Positions 25,567 to 34,241 of a DNA stretch of 38,891 nt are shown here, piece after piece (position 1 is the first letter of the stretch; every line of letters begins with the position of its first letter). The notes beneath the pieces are model-generated. The model saw only the letters and a program-made list of their open reading frames with translations, was not told where the DNA came from and made no database searches. The translations under genes and the position numbers were made by a program. This DNA is from Armatimonadota bacterium (lineage in GTDB: Bacteria; Armatimonadota; Fimbriimonadia; Fimbriimonadales; ATM1). The stretch is from NCBI GenBank assembly GCA_040752255.1, contig JBFMFD010000001.1:1-38891 (forward strand). The letters are read 5' to 3'.

Positions 25567-27731
25567 CCGCCGGGGGGTGGCGGGTCGCTGAACCGCCTCC
25601 GAGCGCGCTCCCTCGCTTGCTGCATTTGCCGGCGCAGTTCCTCGGGCAGGGAGTCGAACGGTCCGAACTCCGCTTTGGGGTCCGAAGTCGCGCCGCCGGC
25701 CTTGACGGTAAAGATGTCGTTCCGCGTGAGCGCAATCTCGAATGAGTACGCCTCGAGGGTGGCTGCTCTGAAACCGGAGAGCGCAACCGAGTCATCCCCT
25801 TCGAACACCTCAGCGAAGCCGTACGCTTCCGGGGACATTGCGAACGAGAACGCGGGCTGGCCGCCGAACGCCAGTTGCGCCTCCACGCCTGGGCGTACCC
25901 CGTGCTGGAGGCGAATCTCGGACCCGGACGGGATACCGGCTGGAAAGCGTTGCGTGAACTCGTCGTCGGGACGCTCGCCTTCCGAGAACATATCCTCCAT
26001 TGCGCTTTGCATCGCGGCGGAGAAGAAGTCATCCATGTAGAGGTTCAGAACGAGCGGCTCGTCTTCCACGAGGTAGAGGTACCGGTCAAGGTGCCCGCGT
26101 GCGTCGTTCGGTAGCAGGTCGCGCGTAACCGTCCGCCCCTGCTTCAGCGCCTCCTTCAACGTCGGCGAGAGGCTGCCCCACATGCGACAGAACGAGATGC
26201 CGGGCAGGTCAAGCCCGCCCTCCAGCAATGTGCCCAGGCTGAACATTGCGAACATGATCGCGGGCGAGGTCGCCTGCCGATCGGTGAGCCGCAGGATAGC
26301 GGAGGAGAACGAGTCGAAAGTGATGCCGCCGAGTCGCTCCTTCTCTTCGAGTAGCCGCTTCAGAACGCTGCGAGGAACCGTTGTTGCGCGGGCGAGCGCG
26401 TAGGGCGACGTGCGAACCGTGATCCAGGGACCGGCGTACGACCAGCCGGCGCCCATGGACCTTGCCATCGAATCGAGGAACAGCGCGGGGCTGTCGGCAG
26501 ACACTCCGAAGGTGCCGAACCCGCCCATCGCATGCGCGTCGTACGCATCGGAGATGAAGCAGACGTCCATGGCCTTTGCGAATTCCACCATTACGTCGCC
26601 AAACAGCTGCAGCGGCTCGGAGGAGCCGAACAGGTTCTTCAGCATGTCCACCATGACGAAGTCATCCTCGCCGCTCGAGGCGAGGACGAACTTCTTCACC
26701 GATTCGGGGGCGGACCAGGCTTCCTCGAAGCGCGCAGGGAGGCCCTCAGGCCGTTGCGGCTTGGCTTCGGCAGCATCGGGCTCTTCGCCAAACATGTCAA
26801 ACGCGTAGCCAAACAAGCCCTGCTCCTCCCGGTGGAGAATCGTGCCGTTCCCGCTCAGGAATTGGAAAGAGACGTCGGGGCCGGGCTGTCGCATTAGAAA
26901 GATGAAGCCTCCTCCCGCCCGTTTCACAACCGCACGAACGGCGCGTACTGCTTGCGGGTCGAAGCGGGGAGCTCCCTCCGGCGCATCGGGCATCTCCACA
27001 TCGTCGAAGATGGCGTCGTTGAACTGTGCAATCTCCTGGATGAGAGCCGGCAACTGGTCGATTACGGTGCGCGGCATCGGGCGCTGCAGTGCGGTCGGGT
27101 GCGTTGAGTACACCAGCTTGCCGAGCCGTTCGAGGTCAAGCGCGTCGCGCGTGCTCATCTGGGCGACGAGGAGAGCCTCCAGCCGCGTGCCGGGCGACAC
27201 CTGTTCGCTGAGATCCATGAGCCTGTTCCAGAGACGATAGCTCTCTTCGCTTTCGTCGTCAGGCATTTCGGCGATCTTCTTCTGCAACTCAGCGAGCTCG
27301 GCGCGCAGCTTTGCAAGGGCCTCCGGCGTACTTGTTTGGAGACGCTCTAGCGCCGCCTTCTTCGCTTGCTGGAACGGCTCGAGGATCAACTGCTCCAACT
27401 CGCGCCTTTCCTGGGCGGCAGCTTCGGCGGACTGCGCGAGCGTGTAGCCTTCGTCCGTCTTGCGCCACTCCCACCCGAAGTGCAGCGCGATGCGCGCGAG
27501 CACCTCGTGCGCAGGTCGCTCCTTCGCATAGAGCGTGATCAAGTCCTCGCGCAAGTCGTCTTGGATGCCGAGAGCGACGCCCGTGCGTTGCGCGAGGTCG
27601 TCGAGGACCTCTTTCATCGTCTTGACGGAGGCTTCGATCGTGACCGGCGGCTTCAGCCGGTCGTCGAGGGAGAGGTCCGCCTGAGGAGCGGCGGACGCCA
27701 GTGCAAGGGCGCAGCCCAGTAGGATAGTCAT
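25563..27731 (-). CDS. Large secreted protein of unknown function, paralog A (STN-like N-terminal domain plus coiled coil)
   Basis: An AAGGAG RBS lies upstream and the signal peptide is MTILLGCALALASAAPQA. The protein is collinear with 28337..30424. Shared segments include RPAHEVLARIALHFGWEWRKTDEGYTL, VYSTHPTALQRPMP, ISDAYDAHA, WITVRT...LARATTVPR and a basic C-terminal tail ending in prolines. Confidence 0.8.
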   Translation of the reverse strand: MTILLGCALALASAAPQADLSLDDRLKPPVTIEASVKTMKEVLDDLAQRTGVALGIQDDLREDLITLYAKERPAHEVLARIALHFGWEWRKTDEGYTLAQSAEAAAQERRELEQLILEPFQQAKKAALERLQTSTPEALAKLRAELAELQKKIAEMPDDESEESYRLWNRLMDLSEQVSPGTRLEALLVAQMSTRDALDLERLGKLVYSTHPTALQRPMPRTVIDQLPALIQEIAQFNDAIFDDVEMPDAPEGAPRFDPQAVRAVRAVVKRAGGGFIFLMRQPGPDVSFQFLSGNGTILHREEQGLFGYAFDMFGEEPDAAEAKPQRPEGLPARFEEAWSAPESVKKFVLASSGEDDFVMVDMLKNLFGSSEPLQLFGDVMVEFAKAMDVCFISDAYDAHAMGGFGTFGVSADSPALFLDSMARSMGAGWSYAGPWITVRTSPYALARATTVPRSVLKRLLEEKERLGGITFDSFSSAILRLTDRQATSPAIMFAMFSLGTLLEGGLDLPGISFCRMWGSLSPTLKEALKQGRTVTRDLLPNDARGHLDRYLYLVEDEPLVLNLYMDDFFSAAMQSAMEDMFSEGERPDDEFTQRFPAGIPSGSEIRLQHGVRPGVEAQLAFGGQPAFSFAMSPEAYGFAEVFEGDDSVALSGFRAATLEAYSFEIALTRNDIFTVKAGGATSDPKAEFGPFDSLPEELRRQMQQARERARRRFSDPPPPGG

Positions 27732-27835
27732 CGGTTTCTCCTTCCCCGGCGAGGGGGGTCAATCCCTATTGTGGCATAGGCGGCAAGCCCTTCGGGAGCG
27801 GCGCTGCGGGCGGACGCCCTGAGTCGCTCAGCGCG

Positions 27836-28294
27836 CTACTTCTTCCTCAACTTCGCCAGCCCTCGCTTGAGAGTGTTCATCTGCCCGAGGTGATAGCAGT
27901 CGTGGATGGCGATTCGCAGCAGGAGGTCAACCGCCTTCTCGTCGGACTCGCACTTGTGGGAGCCGAACCCCTCTCCGGCGAACCACCGCGCTCTCTTGAC
28001 TCCTTCGATGAACTGTTTGCGCAGGGCGGCGTACTCGGAGGGGTCGGGTTCGCGCCAGTCGTTTTTCCAGACCTCCATGCTGGGCGGTCGCGGCGTCCCT
28101 TCCAACATCTTGAGCCAAATATCCTGCCAATAGGCGGCGTGGGCGAGGTTCTTGACGAGGGGATAGGGGAACGCATCCACCTCGCGCGCGGCGTCCTCCT
28201 GTTTGAGTCGAAGCACACCTTGCGGGGTCGGAATGTCCCAGCCTTCGAGGATTTGCTGAAAGAGTCGGTCGAGGACTGCTTGAGTCGGGTTCAC
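27836..28294 (-). CDS. DinB-family (four-helix-bundle, metal-binding) protein
   Basis: 152 aa with a GTG start. KNLAHAAYWQDIW and LLLRIAIHDCYHLGQ match the DinB/YfiT His-motif layout. Confidence 0.7.
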   Translation of the reverse strand: MNPTQAVLDRLFQQILEGWDIPTPQGVLRLKQEDAAREVDAFPYPLVKNLAHAAYWQDIWLKMLEGTPRPPSMEVWKNDWREPDPSEYAALRKQFIEGVKRARWFAGEGFGSHKCESDEKAVDLLLRIAIHDCYHLGQMNTLKRGLAKLRKK

Positions 28295-28299
28295 GGGCG

Positions 28300-28305
28300 A
28301 TTGTA
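28300..28305 (-). promoter_or_regulatory. -10 box TACAAT (or overlapping TATACA), 5-7 nt upstream of the DinB GTG
   Basis: The minus strand reads GGTATACAAT-CGCCC-GTG. Confidence 0.35.
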
Positions 28306-28336
28306 TACCCTCGCCACGGATCCTGCCTCGGGGCCA

Positions 28337-30424
28337 TCAGTGGCGCGGGGGCGGAGCGCGGCGCGCCCTCTCCGCCTCGATGGCGCGCCGCAGCCGCTCG
28401 CCTAGGGGGCCGGGAAGGCGCTCAAGCGACTCGTATCGCACCGACACGTCCACAGTCGCGCCTCCGAAGACGATGTGGATGACCGGGCCACTCGGTAAAG
28501 CAACGCGGAGGAGATTGACTTCGAGTTCCGCGGGATGATACTGGTATCGAGTGTGCCCTCGTTCTGTCGCAGTAACCCATAGCCGAGCCGCCGACTCCAC
28601 GCTCCAAATGACGCGAATCCTAGATTCCCCCTCGACATGGGCCACCCCACCAGCGGCATCGGAGGTCAAAGTCAGAAGTGTGTCGGCTGGCATCCCATTA
28701 GGAATGACTTGAGTCCCTTCAATGTCCCGCTGTGAATCGTCCGGTGGGGTAGGAACACGCTCGCTCCAACGAAACAAATACGTCAGTAGCTCAAAGTGGT
28801 CGCAGTCCTCCAGGCCGTGGAGAAGGAAGAAGCGGTTCCACTCACGCTTCGTCCGTTCGGGAAGGCTTCCCCAGCGAATCTCGTACCGAGTGCCGACGGT
28901 GTCGTGCATACTCCTGCCCAGGGCTTGCCAGCCGCGTGCGAATGCCGCGGTCGCGCGATTGACCTCGAACAAACTGCTACTCATCGTTAGTTGCCAGGGG
29001 AGCACACCCCTAGTCACCTGAACGCTCGCCAATCCCGCTACGAATTCAGCCATTGCACTGAATTCCACGGCCCCCCGCTGAACGACGCGGGCGAACGGGT
29101 AGAGATGCTCGCGTGGCACGGTAGCCGCCCGCACAAGGGGCCAGTTCTCGGTGCGAAACGTGAGCCAGCCGTCAGTCAGTTCAACCGTGGCCCCCCTGGC
29201 GTGCGAGAGGGCTTCGAAAAACCCCTCGACAGTATCCAGGGAACTCCCAGCGGCATGCAGCGGCAAGACGATGTGAGCGTCATATGCGTCTGAGATGAGG
29301 TTTACTCCGACCCTCGATGCGGCAGCCAGCATTGCCGATGTCACCGGCTCGAGGGGCTCGACCGAGACGAGTCCTGGGTACAAGCTCGCTCGTAGCTCTG
29401 AGCGCTCGCTGTCGGAGAACGGACTCATTCCGACAAGAATCCGTCTGATGCTCGTCGGGGGATTCCACGGCTCGCGAAACGCCTCCGGCAGGTCCTTTGG
29501 CAGCCGGCGCTCCGCATCTGGGGGACCCTCTTCGTGCGTTGGCCCTTGTGGTTCATCAAACGGTACAGGATCTGCTAACCCTTCAAGCAGCAGTCCATCC
29601 GGTCCGAACCACGCGGTGCGCAGTTTCACCCCTTCAGGCCCCAGCGCACCCACTTGAACGCCCTCGACGGCAACCCGGACGGCGACGACCGAGGGTGGGC
29701 TAACCTGACGATCAGGTTGCTCGACGCGCAGCAATGCGAGTTCTCCAAGCAGGGGTAGCTCGGCCATCACTGCCGGTGGAAGCGCTCGCTGGGCGGCGGT
29801 CGGGTGGGAGGAGAATACCATCTTCCCGTCGCTCTCGATCCGTGCAAAGTCGCTTTCTGTCAGCGAACACAGAAGCAACGCGCCAAGCCAAGAGTCACCG
29901 TCCAAATAGGGAGACAGCTCCCACCACTCATCCCGCAAAGCCCATCGTTTATCGATGTCGGTCTCCACAGCCAGGGCAGCGACGAGCTCCCGCGCACGGG
30001 CGAGCATCCGCTCGGCCCCCGACACCTGCGCCAGGTACCGCCTCGCGTCCTCCTGTGCATCGAAGTAAGGCTGGAGGAGTTGTTTGCGCAACGCTTTTTC
30101 TTCGGCAACTCGCGACTCCGCCGGCCGATACAGCCGGTAACCGTCGTCCTTCTCCTCCCACGCCCAACCGAAGTGGCGCGCAATACGCTCCATCACTTCG
30201 TGTGCCGGGCGGGATGCCACTCGCAGCGTCGCCAAGTCTTGCCGTATGTCGTCCGCCGCCTCGATCCGGACGTTGGTCTTGCCGGATAGGTCCATTAGGA
30301 TCGTCTCGATGCTCTTGGCGGGATGCTCGAGCGAAACCGCAACCTGCAACCTCGGGTCATCCCGAAGGTCCACCCCCAGAGACGAACCGAGCATCGTTGC
30401 CGCGAGCGCAAGCGCGGACAGCAT
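28337..30424 (-). CDS. Large secreted protein of unknown function, paralog B (STN-like N-terminal domain plus coiled coil)
   Basis: The signal peptide is MLSALALAATMLGSSLG. It contains RPAHEVMERIARHFGWAWEEKDDGYRL, VFSSHPTAAQRALP, ISDAYDAHI, WLTFRT...LVRAATVPR and the C-terminal tail RRAIEAERARRAPPPRH. Confidence 0.8.
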   Translation of the reverse strand: MLSALALAATMLGSSLGVDLRDDPRLQVAVSLEHPAKSIETILMDLSGKTNVRIEAADDIRQDLATLRVASRPAHEVMERIARHFGWAWEEKDDGYRLYRPAESRVAEEKALRKQLLQPYFDAQEDARRYLAQVSGAERMLARARELVAALAVETDIDKRWALRDEWWELSPYLDGDSWLGALLLCSLTESDFARIESDGKMVFSSHPTAAQRALPPAVMAELPLLGELALLRVEQPDRQVSPPSVVAVRVAVEGVQVGALGPEGVKLRTAWFGPDGLLLEGLADPVPFDEPQGPTHEEGPPDAERRLPKDLPEAFREPWNPPTSIRRILVGMSPFSDSERSELRASLYPGLVSVEPLEPVTSAMLAAASRVGVNLISDAYDAHIVLPLHAAGSSLDTVEGFFEALSHARGATVELTDGWLTFRTENWPLVRAATVPREHLYPFARVVQRGAVEFSAMAEFVAGLASVQVTRGVLPWQLTMSSSLFEVNRATAAFARGWQALGRSMHDTVGTRYEIRWGSLPERTKREWNRFFLLHGLEDCDHFELLTYLFRWSERVPTPPDDSQRDIEGTQVIPNGMPADTLLTLTSDAAGGVAHVEGESRIRVIWSVESAARLWVTATERGHTRYQYHPAELEVNLLRVALPSGPVIHIVFGGATVDVSVRYESLERLPGPLGERLRRAIEAERARRAPPPRH

Positions 30425-30430
30425 AACGAC

Positions 30431-30436
30431 ATTGTA
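30431..30436 (-). promoter_or_regulatory. -10 box TACAAT, 6 nt upstream of the paralog-B ATG (leaderless candidate)
   Basis: The minus strand reads GG-TACAAT-GTCGTT-ATG, with no SD. Confidence 0.4.
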
Positions 30437-30573
30437 CCGTTGATCTGATTGCCTTGGTCCTATCCGAAGGCACGTTGCCGGGCGTCGTGATCAACGAGCG
30501 CCCGAGCGACGAGAACGCCTCGGCCCGCCGGGGGCCGGGGCGTTCGTGCGATTCCGCCGGGTTTGGGGGCGTG

Positions 30574-31032
30574 CTAACGGTCGGTAATCACCTGCCACCC
30601 CGCCATGTCAACGTGCGCTCGCCAGCCTGCGCTCGTGATGCCCCTGTCGTGGAATCCGAGGCGAAGCCGCATGGCGCGGCTACCCGCCTGGATGAACCGC
30701 TCCGGCGATTCCAGAACGGTGAACGTGAGCATCGAGTCCTCGCGCGTGGCTTCCTCCTCGCCGACGGTGACCCAGCGGCCGTTCGCGAAGTCGAACAGTT
30801 CGACGCGAACTACCGCAGGCCCCTCGGTTGTGGAGACCTCCACAACCGCCCGCAAGCCGTGCGGCTGATCCACCGGCGATGAGCCGGCCACTTCGACTTC
30901 GGCGGATGCGGCGGCGATCTCGGTGGGTCGGCGCGCTTCGATGCGCATCCGCCGGTCGTCGCTTCCAAACAGGTCCTCAAGCCCACCATCCAGGCGCACG
31001 CCGCGCGTGATGCTGAACTCACTCGGTCGCAC
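30574..31032 (-). other. Shared C-terminal module (about 152 aa), copy in the cupredoxin-propeller protein
   Basis: FSITRGVRLDGGLEDLFGSDDRRMRIEARRPTEIAAASAEVEV...VELFDFANGRW...MLTFTV...SRAMRLRLGFHDRGITSAGWRAHVDMAGWQVITDR. It aligns position by position with 9255..9722 and 10402..10878. Confidence 0.8.
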
Positions 31033-32868
31033 GTCCACGATCGTATGGTGGGATGGATCCTTCTGCTCATCCGTCAGAAGCCGAATCCATCCTTCGACCT
31101 CGGCGGACAGCCTGCCGGAGCCGACGAGCTCCACAGTCGGTTGAATCCAGCCGTCATGCGTCATCGGCAACGGCTTGACCCCCTGGCCGCCTGTCCCGTC
31201 GGTGACTCCGGCTCCGTCGCTTCCGTTCGCCAGGAGAATGGTTCCGACGATCGCGGCATCTTGTGCGCTGCCGTCGCCGTTGGGGTCGGGGTCAATGATG
31301 GTCAGCACGTTGGCATGCTGATTGGTCACGTAGGCGTAGTAGCCTCCGCCCAGTTTCGCGCCCCAATTGACGCCGTGCGTGCCAGCCGGTGTGGGGATGA
31401 ACTTGACGACTTCGTCGGTGCGCGTGTCAATGATGGCGACATGGTCTGCTGCGCCCGTGTTGCTGCGCGGCACGGTCGTGAGCGAGAAGACGGCGGTGGC
31501 GACCCACTTCTCATCCGGGCTTACGGGCGTTTGAATGGGCACCTGCAAGGTGTCCAGAAGCCCGAAGCCGGTCCGACCGTCCGGCGTGAGCGCGACGGGA
31601 ATGTTCTTTTCGAGCCTGAGGTCATCTACGTTGAGCACGGTTACCATGCCCGAGACCGCGTTGGCGATGTACGCCTTGTGGACTCCGCGCACATGACACT
31701 CCCCGACGGCGATCGGCATCAGCAGCGCCTTGCGAATCGGGTCGTTGGCATCGAACGTGAACTCTTGCATGACGGCTCCGGTGAAGCTATTCATCACGCT
31801 GACCGAACCGCCAAGTCCGATGCCGGTGAACACGTTCGGCACAACGACGCGATCCCCCGAGCCGCAAGTAAGCCAATGTCCATGCGGGTGAGTGTGCCCG
31901 TTGCCGGTTCGCGTCGAGGAGATGACGGTCAGGCCGCCGTTGTCGCGTACCTTGACGAGGTCGTTGTCGGCGCTCAGCGGGATCGTCAGCACGCCCTGCT
32001 GCGAGGAGCCGGGCGTTGGGATCGTGATGATGTGAGTGGGCGCCTCACCGACGGCTATGCTGTCGGTAATCCGCCCCGTCTCGCGCTCAATCTTGTTGAT
32101 CCACTTTCCGAACCAGTTCGAGTTGTAGACCGTGTTCAACTCGAAGTTCGCCCACATGTTGTGCGGGTTGTTCCACATGCCGTCCGCCGCCAAGCCGTTG
32201 ATCTCGCGCTCGACGGTGAAGGTGGCAGCGTCAAGGATCGTGATCGTGCCTGGCTTCAAAACGTCGTTTGCGTCCGTCTGGCCGGGAACACGCTCGAACT
32301 GAGTGTTGATCCAGACTTCGCCCACTCCGGGAACGGCCGGGCGTCGCTCGGCACTTGAGTCGAGGATGTCCCACTTGGCGGCCTTCTCGTCGTCGGTGGG
32401 GGCGATCGTGGTCATCACGGCGAGGACGGCCTCCGCCGGCAGGCTGTCCCTGCCGAGGTGTCGAATGAACGGCAGCGAGCCCGCCGTAACGTCCGGGATC
32501 TGTCCACTGCCGTCACGAACCGCCACGACCGCCGTCATGTAGGGATGGATTTTGCAGACGAAAACGTAAACCCCCGGTGTATCGAACTCAACCGAGAGGC
32601 TCCCGTTCTGCGACTTGTCCTGGTCCATGGTCACACCCGAGCCCTCCGGCTTGATGACCAGCGTTACCGTGTGCCGCGTGTTCGTGCAGCAGCCGTTGAT
32701 GACGAAGTCCACGCGGTCACCGCTGTTGACGACCGAGACCGGCCCGCCGGTAGTCTCCGACCGGAACCAGTTGCCTGGCTCGTCGGTGAGAAAGAAAGTG
32801 TCGGCGCTGTCCCGTGTAGCAAGCGGCGCTCCGCCTGCGACGAGGACTGCGAGTAGGGTCGAAAGCAT
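30574..32868 (-). CDS. Secreted cupredoxin (amicyanin-type Cu site) + YVTN-type beta-propeller + shared C-terminal module protein
   Basis: ATG 32868 is preceded by AAGGAGGAAA with a 6-nt spacer (9 nt from the AGGAGG core to the ATG); the track TTG start at 32895 is an extension. The signal peptide is MLSTLLAVLVAGG. Type-1 Cu ligand pattern: NTRHTV ... GVYVFVCKIHPYMTAVV (Cys-x2-His-x2-Met, 32536..32556). Propeller repeats: KAYIANAVSGMVTVLNV, HVAIIDTRTDEVV and YYAYVTNQHANVLTIID. A His cluster GHTHPHGHW lies at 31873..31896. Confidence 0.8.
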   Translation of the reverse strand: MLSTLLAVLVAGGAPLATRDSADTFFLTDEPGNWFRSETTGGPVSVVNSGDRVDFVINGCCTNTRHTVTLVIKPEGSGVTMDQDKSQNGSLSVEFDTPGVYVFVCKIHPYMTAVVAVRDGSGQIPDVTAGSLPFIRHLGRDSLPAEAVLAVMTTIAPTDDEKAAKWDILDSSAERRPAVPGVGEVWINTQFERVPGQTDANDVLKPGTITILDAATFTVEREINGLAADGMWNNPHNMWANFELNTVYNSNWFGKWINKIERETGRITDSIAVGEAPTHIITIPTPGSSQQGVLTIPLSADNDLVKVRDNGGLTVISSTRTGNGHTHPHGHWLTCGSGDRVVVPNVFTGIGLGGSVSVMNSFTGAVMQEFTFDANDPIRKALLMPIAVGECHVRGVHKAYIANAVSGMVTVLNVDDLRLEKNIPVALTPDGRTGFGLLDTLQVPIQTPVSPDEKWVATAVFSLTTVPRSNTGAADHVAIIDTRTDEVVKFIPTPAGTHGVNWGAKLGGGYYAYVTNQHANVLTIIDPDPNGDGSAQDAAIVGTILLANGSDGAGVTDGTGGQGVKPLPMTHDGWIQPTVELVGSGRLSAEVEGWIRLLTDEQKDPSHHTIVDVRPSEFSITRGVRLDGGLEDLFGSDDRRMRIEARRPTEIAAASAEVEVAGSSPVDQPHGLRAVVEVSTTEGPAVVRVELFDFANGRWVTVGEEEATREDSMLTFTVLESPERFIQAGSRAMRLRLGFHDRGITSAGWRAHVDMAGWQVITDR

Positions 32869-32952
32869 GGTACATTTCCTCCTTGTTTGATTCAAAGGAG
32901 GGCGCCAAGAGCGCGTTTGATACAGGTTCGCCGCTCGTCCGAGCGGTGGCGG

Positions 32953-34176
32953 CTATTGCGGCAGGCGGAAAGACTCGATCTCCGCCTTCACGTCGTTGAT
33001 GAAGTTCGCCGCGCCGACACCGTTGATGACCCGGTGGTCGAACGTCAGCGACAGCATCACCATCTCTCGGAAGTCGAAACCGCCCATCTTCGGAATCGGT
33101 TTGTGGTATGACTCACCCAAGAACAGCGTGGCGACCGCCGGAGACACCACCACCGGCACAGCGTTCCGCAAGCCGAAGGCGCTCATGTTCGTTATCGAGA
33201 GCGTGGTGGCTTCGGTTGCTTGATCCTTGCCGTTGCGGGCCAGGTCAATCTGCTGCCGAGCGGCTTCGGCGAACTCACGCCAAGACATCGAGTCCGCGTT
33301 CGGAACCACGGCCGTGACCAACTCGTCCCCAGGGAGCGCGACGGCGATGCCGAGGTGAACGCCCTTGTACACGCGGAGCGACTTACCATCTGCGCTCAGG
33401 GCGCTGCGGAACTTCGGGTTTCGCTTCATCGCTTGAGCGACGCACCACGCCATCATCGTGAAGGCGCTTGGCTGAAACTGGTCCCGCGACGCCTTGACCG
33501 TTTCGCGCGCCTCAGCAATCGCTTCCCACGACGCCTCGACCATGATCGTGCCGGGGACGCAAAGCTGCGCGCCTCGGCTCAGGCGGTACGACAACGTTTG
33601 CTGGCGCTGCGAGACCTCGACCTCGTCGTACTCCGCCGTCGTGCGAAGCACCTTCGGCTGGGCGGATGCCTGCGCCTCGGCAACGGCCACGCCGCCCGAC
33701 TTCGCGAGCCACGCGTCGACATCCTCGGGCATCAGCTTGGAACCCTTCGCGGGTATCTGCGCCGCCATGTCGAGCAGCCCCTTCTCTTTAAGGTAGCGGC
33801 GCGTTCGCGGTGGGATGACCGCGTTGCGCAAGCCGTCGCCGCCCGCAGGCTGCGGCTCAGGCTCCGGCTCAGGCGCTTTCTGCGCAGCCTGCTTCGGTGG
33901 GGGGCCGTGGCCCGCCGCCATCTCCTTCACGCCCTCTGCCACCTCCATCTTCGCAATCTCGGTGCCGATCGGGAGCACCTGCCCTTCCTCGGCGGTCCAC
34001 TCGACGAGCGTTCCGTCGTAGGGCGACTCGACGTCCATCAGCGCCTTGTCCGTCTCCATCTGGTAGATCGGCTCGTCGCGCTTGACCTTGTCTCCGGGCT
34101 TTTTGAGGAATGCGACGACGCGCGCCTCTTGAAGCCCCTCGCCCATCTGCGGTATTCGAACGGCAATGACCGGCAT
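32953..34176 (-). CDS. 2-oxoacid dehydrogenase E2 component (dihydrolipoamide acyltransferase)
   Basis: The lipoyl domain reads PQMGEGLQEARVVAFLKKPGDKVKRDEPIYQMETDKALMDVESP. It is followed by an Ala/Pro linker and an E3-binding segment (PRTRRYLKEKGLL). The catalytic domain ends in LSLTFDHRVINGVGAANF. Confidence 0.9.
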   Translation of the reverse strand: MPVIAVRIPQMGEGLQEARVVAFLKKPGDKVKRDEPIYQMETDKALMDVESPYDGTLVEWTAEEGQVLPIGTEIAKMEVAEGVKEMAAGHGPPPKQAAQKAPEPEPEPQPAGGDGLRNAVIPPRTRRYLKEKGLLDMAAQIPAKGSKLMPEDVDAWLAKSGGVAVAEAQASAQPKVLRTTAEYDEVEVSQRQQTLSYRLSRGAQLCVPGTIMVEASWEAIAEARETVKASRDQFQPSAFTMMAWCVAQAMKRNPKFRSALSADGKSLRVYKGVHLGIAVALPGDELVTAVVPNADSMSWREFAEAARQQIDLARNGKDQATEATTLSITNMSAFGLRNAVPVVVSPAVATLFLGESYHKPIPKMGGFDFREMVMLSLTFDHRVINGVGAANFINDVKAEIESFRLPQ

Positions 34177-34185
34177 GACGGGGCG

Positions 34186-34191
34186 ATTCTA
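34186..34191 (-). promoter_or_regulatory. -10 box TAGAAT, 9 nt upstream of the E2 ATG
   Basis: The minus strand reads GGA-TAGAAT-CGCCCCGTC-ATG, with no SD. Confidence 0.35.
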
Positions 34192-34241
34192 TCCGATGCG
34201 GCGCGCGAGCTTCCCCGCCGAAGGTAGGCTCATCGCTGGAG

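Noticed and set aside
30574-32868. Calling the cupredoxin-propeller protein N2O reductase, a methylamine dehydrogenase heavy chain or thiocyanate dehydrogenase
   Set aside because: The domain order is opposite to NosZ and there is no CuA motif. No TTQ light-chain gene or mau genes are nearby. I cannot verify the TcDH ligand pattern by eye. These are kept only as analogies in the finding.
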